A stretch of DNA of 64,000 bases from Chlamydiota bacterium (GCA_021772455.1 JAJFLY010000019.1:49578-113577), one strand, 5' to 3'; positions 1 through 8,163 are shown, counted from the first letter of the stretch. Notes: generated by a model not told the origin, from the letters alone. Numbers and translations are program-made.

Positions 1-536
1 GGCTTGCGTGGACATCGATGGGTGGGGCGACGCTCTACATCGAAGCGATTAAAACCGCCTCTGACAGGACAGATATGAATCTAACCGGCCAAGCAGGCGA
101 TGTGATGCGGGAATCGTCCCAAATTGCGTGGAGTTACCTACATAGCGCCATCAATAAATACGCCCCTGGCTATACCTTCTTCGAAAAATCGCACGTCCAT
201 ATCCACATTCCGGAAGGGGCAACACCCAAAGATGGCCCTTCAGCTGGTGCTACAATGGTGACCGCCCTTTTATCGTTGATACTTGATACACCTGTGTTGG
301 ACAACCTCGGCATGACAGGTGAGATCACCTTAACAGGCCGTATTCTTGGCATTGGAGGGGTTCGAGAGAAATTAATCGCAGCACGTCGATCGGGTTTGGA
401 GACCTTAATTTTCCCACAAGACAATCTACGCGATTATGACGAGCTTCCCGACTACCTAAAAGAGGGATTAGAGGTTCATTTTGTCGAACATTATGAGGAA
501 ATTTTCCCGATCGCCTTCCCTGAGGTCAACGAATAA
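1..536 (+). CDS. lon: Lon protease, C-terminal proteolytic domain (5'-truncated by window edge)
   Basis: The reading frame is open from nt 3 (LAWTSMGGATLYIEA...). It contains the Lon catalytic-serine motif PKDGPSAGATMVTALLSL. The stop codon is at 534-536. Confidence 0.9.
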   Translation, partial: LAWTSMGGATLYIEAIKTASDRTDMNLTGQAGDVMRESSQIAWSYLHSAINKYAPGYTFFEKSHVHIHIPEGATPKDGPSAGATMVTALLSLILDTPVLDNLGMTGEITLTGRILGIGGVREKLIAARRSGLETLIFPQDNLRDYDELPDYLKEGLEVHFVEHYEEIFPIAFPEVNE

Positions 537-1036
537 TGCCTTCATGGAAACAGTATAGCCAAGCCAAGAGCATTCAACCCGAAAAACTGCTCTCGTGTGT
601 GGCCTCAATTCGAAGCGATGGAAAAACAATTGCGACTATAAATGGCTCGTTTGACCTGCTTCATGCTGGGCATATGTATATGCTTTTTGAAGCTTCAAAA
701 ACCGCTGATGTGTTAATTGTAGCGGTAAATACCGACGCTTCTGTGCGCGCCTACAAAAGTGAACAGCGCCCCATTATCCCACTCTCTTACCGAGTAGAAA
801 TGCTTACAGCCTTAGGCTTTGTCGATTATGTCACGTGGTTTGATGAGACCGACCCGCGCGCCATTTTGGAGATGATTCGTCCCGATGTCCATGTAAATGG
901 AGTTGAATATGGCCAAGAGTGCGTAGAAGCTGAGCAAGTAAAGAGAAATGGAGGAAAACTGCATCTTGTGGAGCGCATCCCAGGACTTGCCACCTCCGAG
1001 ATTATCCAAAAAATCGAAGAGAGTGCATGCGTCTAA
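536..1036 (+). CDS. Cytidylyltransferase-fold protein resembling HldE/RfaE domain II (heptose-1-phosphate adenylyltransferase-like)
   Basis: 166 aa. Motifs NGSFDLLHAGH and LIVAVNTDASVRAYK..RP resemble the HldE C-terminal domain. The ATG overlaps the lon stop by 1 nt. Confidence 0.7.
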   Translation: MPSWKQYSQAKSIQPEKLLSCVASIRSDGKTIATINGSFDLLHAGHMYMLFEASKTADVLIVAVNTDASVRAYKSEQRPIIPLSYRVEMLTALGFVDYVTWFDETDPRAILEMIRPDVHVNGVEYGQECVEAEQVKRNGGKLHLVERIPGLATSEIIQKIEESACV

Positions 1037-2160
1037 TCTGTACGATTAATACGGCTGAAACGGATGAAAACCCTTATGAATTCTCGTACTATTTAACGGG
1101 TCAAGGGATTGAAAATGAGTGCGAGGAGCTTCCCAACGACACCTCTCGTATCTGGGTTCGAGATGAGGATTCGGTTGTAAAAGCGCTCTCTTTTTACGAA
1201 CAATACAAAGCCAATCCACACGACCCACGCTACCGCGCTCAGCCTGAAACTTTCAAAAAAGAGCCTGAGCTCATAGCCCGTCCCCAAAAACGCCGCCTCC
1301 TCTCGCCAGCTCCCTATGGCCCAATCTCCATCTTGATTTTACTCGGTGTTGTGACTCTCTTTATGTGGGCCCAAATCCAGCGTGGCACTCTGGTTCCCCC
1401 AAAAATCATAGGTATTGTCCAAGCGCCCATCCTCGCCCCCGTTGAGCGCGCCTTAATTTACGACTACCCCCCCTATTTTCAGGAGCGCGACACCCTCTTT
1501 TCCATCTACACACCCAAAGATATCGAAGAGAAAAAGCCCCCTTCTGCAGAAGCGCGCAAGCTGATCGAGGAATTGCGCAGCAAGACCACATGGATGGGAA
1601 TCTACGACCGCATCGTCATGGCAATTCGCAGCCCAGACTACTCTCTCACCTATGATGGACCACTATTTGTCAAAATCTCTCAAGGAGAAGTGTGGCGCAT
1701 CATCGCTCCAACTTTTCTCCATTTTGATTTACTCCACATCTTCTTCAACGTTCTGTGGTTTATCCTGCTCGGCAACCAAATCGAGTTTCGTCTCGGAGGC
1801 TTGCGTTATTTGGTGCTAATCCTTCTGACCGGCATTTTTTCCAATACCGCCCAATACTTGATGAGCGGCCCCTTCTTTATGGGGCTTTCAGGTGTTGTTT
1901 GTGGGATGGCTGCGTTTATCTGGGCAAGGCAACAAGTCGCCCCCTGGGAAGGGTATCTCCTCCATCGCTTTACCCTGATTTTCTTAGCGATCTTTGTTGT
2001 GGGGATGTTTGTCCTCCAAACTGCCTTCTTCATCCTCCAGATCACCGGCAAGTTTGAATTGTCCATTGGAATTGCCAATACCGCCCACCTAACCGGTGCA
2101 CTCGTCGGCTACCTTCTCGGCCGTTCCCCCCTCTTCGCTATTAGACATCAAAGAAAATAA
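1027..2160 (+). CDS. Rhomboid-family intramembrane serine protease
   Basis: 377 aa with multiple TM helices. It has the GxSG motif GLSGVVCGM and the catalytic His context AHLTGALVGYLLG, preceded by a soluble N-terminal domain of about 100 aa. Confidence 0.85.
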   Translation: MRLICTINTAETDENPYEFSYYLTGQGIENECEELPNDTSRIWVRDEDSVVKALSFYEQYKANPHDPRYRAQPETFKKEPELIARPQKRRLLSPAPYGPISILILLGVVTLFMWAQIQRGTLVPPKIIGIVQAPILAPVERALIYDYPPYFQERDTLFSIYTPKDIEEKKPPSAEARKLIEELRSKTTWMGIYDRIVMAIRSPDYSLTYDGPLFVKISQGEVWRIIAPTFLHFDLLHIFFNVLWFILLGNQIEFRLGGLRYLVLILLTGIFSNTAQYLMSGPFFMGLSGVVCGMAAFIWARQQVAPWEGYLLHRFTLIFLAIFVVGMFVLQTAFFILQITGKFELSIGIANTAHLTGALVGYLLGRSPLFAIRHQRK

Positions 2161-2170
2161 GGTTCATATC

Positions 2171-2527
2171 ATGTTACCTCATCCAGTTGGATCTCATGCT
2201 TCACGCCTCCAGCAAGAGACTGGCGTTAACAAAGTCAAGTGGTTAAACTCAGTTAACAAGGTGATCGCAGTCTTCTCCGTTACACTCTTTGTCCTCTCAA
2301 TCGTCGCAACAGGTCTTGCAATGAAAGGGTTGATCCCGCTCTCTATCCCTCTGACTGTATTCAGCCCAGCTATTCCTCTTTGGTTTGTCATTAAAGCAAT
2401 TGATTGCTGCCGGGCCAAGATTGCGACTAGGCACGGGTTTGATATAGAACACTTAGATGAGGTGATATTGGGAGGAACGAAGGAAGAGCGAGCCGAATTG
2501 AAACGTCCTCGTCGAGATGGCGATTGA
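2171..2527 (+). CDS. Small membrane protein with bilobed hydrophobic domain (Inc-like)
   Basis: The start was trimmed to internal Met26 of track ORF 2096..2527 because the longer version overlaps the rhomboid gene. Two adjacent hydrophobic segments, VIAVFSVTLFVLSIVATGLAM and LIPLSIPLTVFSPAIPLWFVIKAI, are separated by KG. Confidence 0.5.
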   Translation: MLPHPVGSHASRLQQETGVNKVKWLNSVNKVIAVFSVTLFVLSIVATGLAMKGLIPLSIPLTVFSPAIPLWFVIKAIDCCRAKIATRHGFDIEHLDEVILGGTKEERAELKRPRRDGD

Positions 2528-2565
2528 CTCTCGGCCCAAAAATAGTGTAAACTACTTTCCATTTT

Positions 2566-3474
2566 ATGAGTGTACGCGACCTAATCATCCTAGGCTGTTC
2601 GAGCCAACAACCTACCCGGAAACGTAATCATGGAGCCTATCTCTTCCGCTGGAACGAGGAAGGGCTTCTATTCGATCCCGGTGAGGGTACCCAGCGCCAA
2701 TTTATTTTTGCAAATATCGCCCCCCCATGCGTTACCCGCATTTTCGTCAGCCACTTCCATGGAGACCATTGTTTAGGCTTAGGCTCGATGTTAATGCGCC
2801 TCAATCTCGATAAAGTGACCCACCCCATCCACTGCTACTACCCAGCTTCTGGAAAAAAATACTTTGACCGCCTCCGCTACGGGACGATCTATCACGAAAC
2901 AATTAACGTCATCGAGCACCCCGTCTCAAAAGCAGGGCTTGTTGATGACGATGGACGCTTTCGCATCGAAGCTGCCTTCTTGGATCATGGGGTCGATAAC
3001 ATCGCGTGGCGCATCACCGAGCCCGACAGGCGCAAGTACGACCCAGAAAAGCTCAAAGCGCTTCAAATTAGAGGCCCCCTTGTTAAGGAGCTCGAGAGAA
3101 AAGGCATTCTTGATGTCGAGGGCAAAACGGTTCAGCTCGATGATGTGAGCTGGATTCGCAAAGGAGACACCATCGCCGTCATCAGCGATACACGCCCCTG
3201 CTTGAGCGCAATTGAGATCGCCAGAGGAGCAAAACTCATGCTTTGTGAAAGCACCTACCTTGAACAACACCGCGACTTAGCTGATAGCCACTTCCATCTC
3301 ACCGCCAAACAAGCTGCCACAATGGCCAAAGAGGCGGGCGTCGAAAAACTCATCCTCACCCACTTTTCAGCCCGCTATTTGAACGTGAGCGAATTTGAAA
3401 AAGAGGCGCGAGAAGTTTTTCCAAACACGCAAGCCGCCGAAGATATGAAAGTCTTCCCTTTTCCTAGACCCTGA
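2566..3474 (+). CDS. rnz: Ribonuclease Z (metallo-beta-lactamase fold tRNA 3' endonuclease)
   Basis: 302 aa. It has the HxHxDH motif [11 protein letters not shown] and the C-terminal [10 protein letters not shown] typical of RNase Z / ElaC. Confidence 0.9.
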   Translation: MSVRDLIILGCSSQQPTRKRNHGAYLFRWNEEGLLFDPGEGTQRQFIFANIAPPCVTRIFVSHFHGDHCLGLGSMLMRLNLDKVTHPIHCYYPASGKKYFDRLRYGTIYHETINVIEHPVSKAGLVDDDGRFRIEAAFLDHGVDNIAWRITEPDRRKYDPEKLKALQIRGPLVKELERKGILDVEGKTVQLDDVSWIRKGDTIAVISDTRPCLSAIEIARGAKLMLCESTYLEQHRDLADSHFHLTAKQAATMAKEAGVEKLILTHFSARYLNVSEFEKEAREVFPNTQAAEDMKVFPFPRP

Positions 3475-3543
3475 TTGCTACCTAAACTTGTTGTTATAGT
3501 GCTTAGACCCTGATTGTTACCTAAACTTGTTGTTATAGTGCTT
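3466..3543. repeat. Tandem duplication (2 x 39 bp) of a dispersed repeat unit agaccctgattgctacctaaacttgttgttatagtgctt
   Basis: Unit A (3466-3504) and unit B (3505-3543) differ at one base (c3478 versus t3517). The first 9 nt form the last codons and the TGA stop of rnz. Confidence 0.9.
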
Positions 3544-3728
3544 AGATGCATTCATAAGATCTTTAAGGCATTAAATTGTTAGCTAAACGCGGCGTGTCTG
3601 GAAAAAAACGCCTACGTTCTAGACAAGCAGAGCGTGAAATCAGCAGTAGAAGGACAGAGCGCGGATTTTTACTTAAAGTAATCTGCACAATTTTGGCCTA
3701 CGGTTTCTCGTGTATTTGCAACCCTTCA

Positions 3729-3846
3729 CTCGTCTAAAAACCGTTTGGGCACGCCATCTACTGCCTGCATCGCCAAAGGCAAGGGAAGAACCCTTGCCTT
3801 TGGCGATGCAGTTGTATCTGTCGCACCCAAACGGTTTTTAGACGAG
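3729..3846. repeat. 118-nt composite palindrome (two perfect 21-bp stems separated by an internal loop)
   Basis: The outer stem pairs 3729-3749 with 3826-3846. The inner stem pairs 3765-3785 with 3791-3811 around the 5-nt loop aagaa. The internal loops are 15 and 14 nt. Confidence 0.85.
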
Positions 3847-3868
3847 GTTTAGGTAGCAATCAGGGTCT
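3847..3868. repeat. Inverted partial copy (first 22 nt) of the 39-bp repeat unit
   Basis: gtttaggtagcaatcagggtct is the exact reverse complement of 3466-3487. It ends 8 nt before the stop codon of the minus-strand gene 3876..5423. Confidence 0.85.
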
Positions 3869-3875
3869 TTAGGAC

Positions 3876-5423
3876 TTATTTTGAGATTCCTTGTGCAACC
3901 GACATATACGACTGATTCAATGTCTGCAAAACAGTCGAGATAGCTGTCCAAAACTGTTGCATGATTGTCATATGCTCCTGGAGGGTCATTTGGTCTGTCG
4001 TTTGCAAGCCAGAAGCAGTTGTCTGGAAGTCAGAAGCTTCTGCACCAATTCTGGTTAGTCCTCCCGTTGTTTTTGTTACTGGTGGTGGGCCTGGTGTTGT
4101 GGTTGTGTCTCCATCAACGACACTCGTTTCGTCTTTGGAGAGTTGGCTTGACCACCCACCTGGACCGCTAACTGTAAAATTGTTTGTAGTCCCTACTTGT
4201 GTAAAGGATATGTTACTCAACAGGTGTATAAGGGTCTGAAGATCGGCAATGCCCTGTTTGACATTGGCTTGCATATTTGTGAGACGCGATTTCATTGCAT
4301 TTAGCTGTTTGATGGCGGCAGCTTTTTGTGAGGGGGTAAGCTCATTGTTATTATTGATGCTGTTGATTTGACTCTGGATTTGATTTTGAGCCTGTGAGAG
4401 TTGCTTTTCTGTGCTGTTGAGGCTGCTAAGATCATTATTTGCCTGCGCAACCTCTTTGGCAAGCGCTTGCTTTGCAGCGCTATACCCTGAGTACTGCTGG
4501 CTCTGCCCAGTGGCAGTCCCAGTTTTCTGCATAGATTGGCCGAGATCATAATTAAGACCAGCATTTTGAAAATCTTTCGTAACTGCCATGAGGGAGTTGC
4601 CAATTTGGTCGCCCATGTTAGCAAGGGCCATTAATACGATCAAATCTGCCATGTATTGATTCTGTTTTTGCATGAACTGATTGATCGCTTTCATAGATTG
4701 TTTGGCTATCGATTCTGATTTTCCAGACCCGGCTGGGGGTGGTGGGGGTGTTGCAAGTAGATTCTGTGGCCCTCCAATGGTGTTAGCGGCTGTCTGGGTC
4801 CCTTGGATCTCTGCTTGGGGCGCTTGAGTTTGTTGGAGGTTTTTCAATTGAGCTGTTAGGGCTTGATGGGCTTGCTCGTTTTCAGTGGTGACCTTTTGGC
4901 ACATATTCCCAATCTCTTGCCAAAAAGAGGCTTGAGTATGTGGACTCGCTTGGACTGCTTGAGCCGGGAGGTTTTCAAGAAGTGTGTTTAGGGTGTTGCC
5001 TTGTTCTTTAGATAGCTGTGGAAATGCCTTTGAAATCTCTTTCAACTGGTCGAGTAAAGCATCACACTTGGGTGCGGAAGTGGGGTCGCCGGCTTTTAGG
5101 ATGGCTACAAGCTTGGCTAGGGATTGGATTTGGGTTGCGATCTGAGGTTGCAGGGCGTTGTAGGCTTCGATTTTTCCTCTCTGCTGGGCATCGCCGGAAG
5201 GAGGAATGAATTCAAAGTTAAAGGCGAGGTGCTTGCCCTTACTACGCGCATCTTTCAGTTGGTTATTCACCATGTTTTGCGCAATTTCAAGAAGAGCTTC
5301 CATCTGTTTGATCTCTTCATGTGTCTTTAGATGTTGCGCTACTTGCTCGGAGTCTGGGTGCTTTAAGCCCGGCTGCTCTTGACTACCTTGAGGGGGCTGT
5401 GAGCCTGGTATACCTTCTGTCAT
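3876..5423 (-). CDS. Q/N/S/T-rich coiled-coil protein with one central hydrophobic segment; candidate T3SS substrate (minor-translocator-like)
   Basis: 515 aa with no signal peptide. It has a PPPPP tract, a hydrophobic segment YMADLIVLMALANMGDQIGNSLMAV, a heptad-like Q/N-rich region and a C-terminal amphipathic helix MTIMQQFWTAISTVLQTLNQSYMSV. It is divergent from mutL. Confidence 0.6.
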   Translation of the reverse strand: MTEGIPGSQPPQGSQEQPGLKHPDSEQVAQHLKTHEEIKQMEALLEIAQNMVNNQLKDARSKGKHLAFNFEFIPPSGDAQQRGKIEAYNALQPQIATQIQSLAKLVAILKAGDPTSAPKCDALLDQLKEISKAFPQLSKEQGNTLNTLLENLPAQAVQASPHTQASFWQEIGNMCQKVTTENEQAHQALTAQLKNLQQTQAPQAEIQGTQTAANTIGGPQNLLATPPPPPAGSGKSESIAKQSMKAINQFMQKQNQYMADLIVLMALANMGDQIGNSLMAVTKDFQNAGLNYDLGQSMQKTGTATGQSQQYSGYSAAKQALAKEVAQANNDLSSLNSTEKQLSQAQNQIQSQINSINNNNELTPSQKAAAIKQLNAMKSRLTNMQANVKQGIADLQTLIHLLSNISFTQVGTTNNFTVSGPGGWSSQLSKDETSVVDGDTTTTPGPPPVTKTTGGLTRIGAEASDFQTTASGLQTTDQMTLQEHMTIMQQFWTAISTVLQTLNQSYMSVAQGISK

Positions 5424-5503
5424 ATTATTACTCCTTTTCGCCTTGCAACTTCTAATCTCTCAACGTATGCTAATTATTAAATTATAACAAAAAATATTTT
5501 AAA

Positions 5504-7123
5504 ATGCCACATCAAAGAATCCATCTTCTCGATGAAACAACTGTCAATCAAATTGCAGCTGGAGAGGTGATTGAAAATCCCGCATCTGTTGTGAAGGAGT
5601 TGGTTGAGAACGCTTTAGATTCGGGCGCAACCTCTGTAACGGTTGAAACTTTGGGATCTGGGCGTGGGCTTATTCGCGTTATCGACAATGGATGTGGCAT
5701 GAGTCACGACGACCTCATTCTTTCTTTGGAGCGGCATGCCACATCAAAACTTTCTGAAATAGAAGACCTTAACTCGATTTTTACCCTGGGGTTTCGTGGA
5801 GAGGCTCTCCCGTCGATCGCCTCAGTTTCGAAAATCTCCATCCATACAGCTGATGATGATGAGGGACGTGTACTGCAGGCGGAAGGGGGGCGTATGGGTC
5901 CTGTCCAAGTTAAACCGCGAAGGCGTGGCACTACAGTGGAAGTGAAGTCCCTCTTTTTCAATGTCCCTGTTCGCAAGAAGTTTCAGAAAAGTGTGGGATG
6001 GGATCGGGCAGAGATTCACAAAGTTCTGACAAAAATGGCTTTATGTTATGGAGAGGTCGCTTTTTCGTGGATTTCAGATGGGGAGGAGCAGTTTATGATT
6101 CCTGCCGACACCACGTTAAGGGAGCGGATCGCTATTTTGCTGGGTGAATCTTTTGCTCCTTCAATGCTCCCCGTGGAACATGTTGCAGGAGAGCTCTCTT
6201 TATCGGGATTCACTAGCAACGCCTCTTTTCATCGTCCCAATCGAACGGGGCAGTATCTCTTTATCAATGGGCGCGCTGTTGTCTCCTCCTTTATTTCTCG
6301 CAAAGTATTAGAAGGGTATGGGACGCGTCTCTCGACCCATCGCTATCCGCTTTTTGTTCTGCACCTTACCATTCCCCCTTCTTTGATTGATGTGAACGTC
6401 CACCCTCAAAAAAAGGAGATCCGCCTCCGATCTGAGGATGAGCTGGGTTCTTTTTTGATCGATGGAATTGAAAGATGTTTCGCGCCAACAAAACAACAGC
6501 CTCGTGTTGCGATGCCCACTTTTTCGGTTTCGGAAGAGAGTGTCCCTTATATGCCACCCATTTTCGTTGAAAAAAGGGAAGAGCCTACTCCTGAGCTCTT
6601 TCCTATCTGCCCAAAAATTGTTTCAAGGGTTGGCAAGTATCTCTTTTTAGAAGATTCTGAGGGGGTGCGTGTTGTTGATGGAAGAGCGGCGCGCTTGCGC
6701 ATTGCGTATGACCAGTTGGTAGATCAGGAGAAGAAAACTGCGATGCAGCACCTCTTAATACCGGTTCAAATCGAGGTTACGGGAGCTGAACAAATCGTTT
6801 TGAACGAGAATCTCCATCTCTTTGAAGAGTGTGGATTTTCGATTCGCCATTTCGGTGAAAACACCTTTATCGTTGATGCTGTTCCCTCTTTTTTTGAAGG
6901 TGGGGAGATCGAGACATTTGTGCAAGCATTTCTTAGTGAGGGGGATATGCCTCGCGAGAGAAAGATTGCCACTGCATTGAAAAAATCGTTGAAATTCCAG
7001 CCAAATGAGGGAGGAGGCGCACTTGTTGAGGCGCTTTTTAAGTGCAGCGAGCCCGATATTGCCCCTGATGGGAAACCGACCCAATATTTATTAACAGAAA
7101 AAGAATTAGCAAAGTTGTTTTGA
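5504..7123 (+). CDS. mutL: DNA mismatch repair protein MutL
   Basis: 539 aa. The N-terminal GHKL ATPase motifs are IAAGEVIENPASVVKELVENALDSGA and DNGCGM. Confidence 0.9.
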   Translation: MPHQRIHLLDETTVNQIAAGEVIENPASVVKELVENALDSGATSVTVETLGSGRGLIRVIDNGCGMSHDDLILSLERHATSKLSEIEDLNSIFTLGFRGEALPSIASVSKISIHTADDDEGRVLQAEGGRMGPVQVKPRRRGTTVEVKSLFFNVPVRKKFQKSVGWDRAEIHKVLTKMALCYGEVAFSWISDGEEQFMIPADTTLRERIAILLGESFAPSMLPVEHVAGELSLSGFTSNASFHRPNRTGQYLFINGRAVVSSFISRKVLEGYGTRLSTHRYPLFVLHLTIPPSLIDVNVHPQKKEIRLRSEDELGSFLIDGIERCFAPTKQQPRVAMPTFSVSEESVPYMPPIFVEKREEPTPELFPICPKIVSRVGKYLFLEDSEGVRVVDGRAARLRIAYDQLVDQEKKTAMQHLLIPVQIEVTGAEQIVLNENLHLFEECGFSIRHFGENTFIVDAVPSFFEGGEIETFVQAFLSEGDMPRERKIATALKKSLKFQPNEGGGALVEALFKCSEPDIAPDGKPTQYLLTEKELAKLF

Positions 7124-8133
7124 TGGATAGAATTGAGAAAGTTCAAAACTGTTTAAAAACATGGGAGGTCGATCTTCTCATTGTTGATAACCCAACCGAT
7201 CTCTTTTATCTGATCGGCAAAGAACTCTCCTTGGGGCGGCTTGTGATTGCTCAGAGCAACGCGATCCTCTATGTAGATGGACGTTATTACGAAGCGTGCA
7301 AAGAGTCGCTTGAGATTGGTGTCGAGGAGCTGGCTGAGGCGGCTATTGAGGGGGAGCGCATCGGTTTTGATGCGAATTTCACAACTTTTGCAAACTATGA
7401 GAAGTTAACCAAATTAAAGGGGGAGTTGGTTCCTCTATCAAATCCCCTACTGACAATTCGGGAGGTCAAAGAACCTGGCGAAATCGAATTTTTACGCGCA
7501 GCTGCTGCGCTTGGTTCCAAAGGTTATGATTTTGTAGTTTCTCTGCTTTCTGAGGGAGTGACAGAAGAAGAACTGGCGATTGAGTTGGAGCTATTTTGGA
7601 GAAAAGCTGGTGGCGAACGTGTCGCTTTTGCTCCCCACGTCGCCTTTGGAGAAAATAGCGCCTATCCCCACCATCATGCTGGTAAACGTCCCTTAAAGCA
7701 GGGGGATTTGGTCTTGATTGATATTGGCGTTGTGCTCAATCACTACAACTCAGATATGACGCGCGTTGTCTTTTTTGGTGAGCCTGACCCTGAGCTCCAA
7801 AAGATTTTTCATATCGTCCATCAGGCTCAGCTCAAGGCGCTCGAGATATGCAAACCGGGAACGCTTATAGCCGATTTAGACCAGGCTGCACGTAGTCATA
7901 TTGCGTCAAAGGGGTACGGAGAGTTCTTTTTGCATAGTTTGGGGCATGGGGTTGGTTTGGATATTCATGAAGCGCCTGGGATTCGAAAAAATGGTGAGGG
8001 TATTCTAAAAGAAGGGATGGTGATCACGATCGAGCCGGGGATTTATCTTTCAGGGACTGGGGGTGTTCGGCTTGAGGATACGGTCGTTGTCACAAGCAAC
8101 GGTTTTGAAAACCTCACCAACCGTCCCATTTAA
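7123..8133 (+). CDS. pepP: Xaa-Pro aminopeptidase (M24B family)
   Basis: It has the M24 metal-ligand context DIGVVLNHYNSDMTR, HSLGHGVGLDIHEAP and TIEPGIY. The track start at 7120 is TTG. The ATG at 7123 overlaps the mutL TGA by 1 nt. Confidence 0.85.
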   Translation: MDRIEKVQNCLKTWEVDLLIVDNPTDLFYLIGKELSLGRLVIAQSNAILYVDGRYYEACKESLEIGVEELAEAAIEGERIGFDANFTTFANYEKLTKLKGELVPLSNPLLTIREVKEPGEIEFLRAAAALGSKGYDFVVSLLSEGVTEEELAIELELFWRKAGGERVAFAPHVAFGENSAYPHHHAGKRPLKQGDLVLIDIGVVLNHYNSDMTRVVFFGEPDPELQKIFHIVHQAQLKALEICKPGTLIADLDQAARSHIASKGYGEFFLHSLGHGVGLDIHEAPGIRKNGEGILKEGMVITIEPGIYLSGTGGVRLEDTVVVTSNGFENLTNRPI

Positions 8134-8163
8134 ATTGGATAATTTGTTATATAATTCGAAGTT

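Noticed and set aside
2096-2170. N-terminal extension of ORF 2096..2527.
   Set aside because: The extension overlaps the last 65 nt of the rhomboid gene in another frame. The internal ATG at 2171 follows the rhomboid stop and gives a sensible polar N-terminus.
3466-3546. Possible CRISPR array, prompted by direct repeats of 39 bp.
   Set aside because: Only two units are present, and they are directly abutting with no spacer between them. No cas genes are in the window. The same unit also occurs singly and inverted elsewhere. This is a tandem duplication of a dispersed repeat, not a CRISPR array.
3545-3728. Possible SRP/4.5S-like or other known ncRNA in the ORF-free interior of the repeat-bounded element.
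   Set aside because: There is only a loose resemblance (cagcagtagaaggacagagc versus the SRP GGAAGCAGCC motif) and no convincing conserved helix. This cannot be supported without a covariance-model search, so it is left as part of the MITE-like finding.
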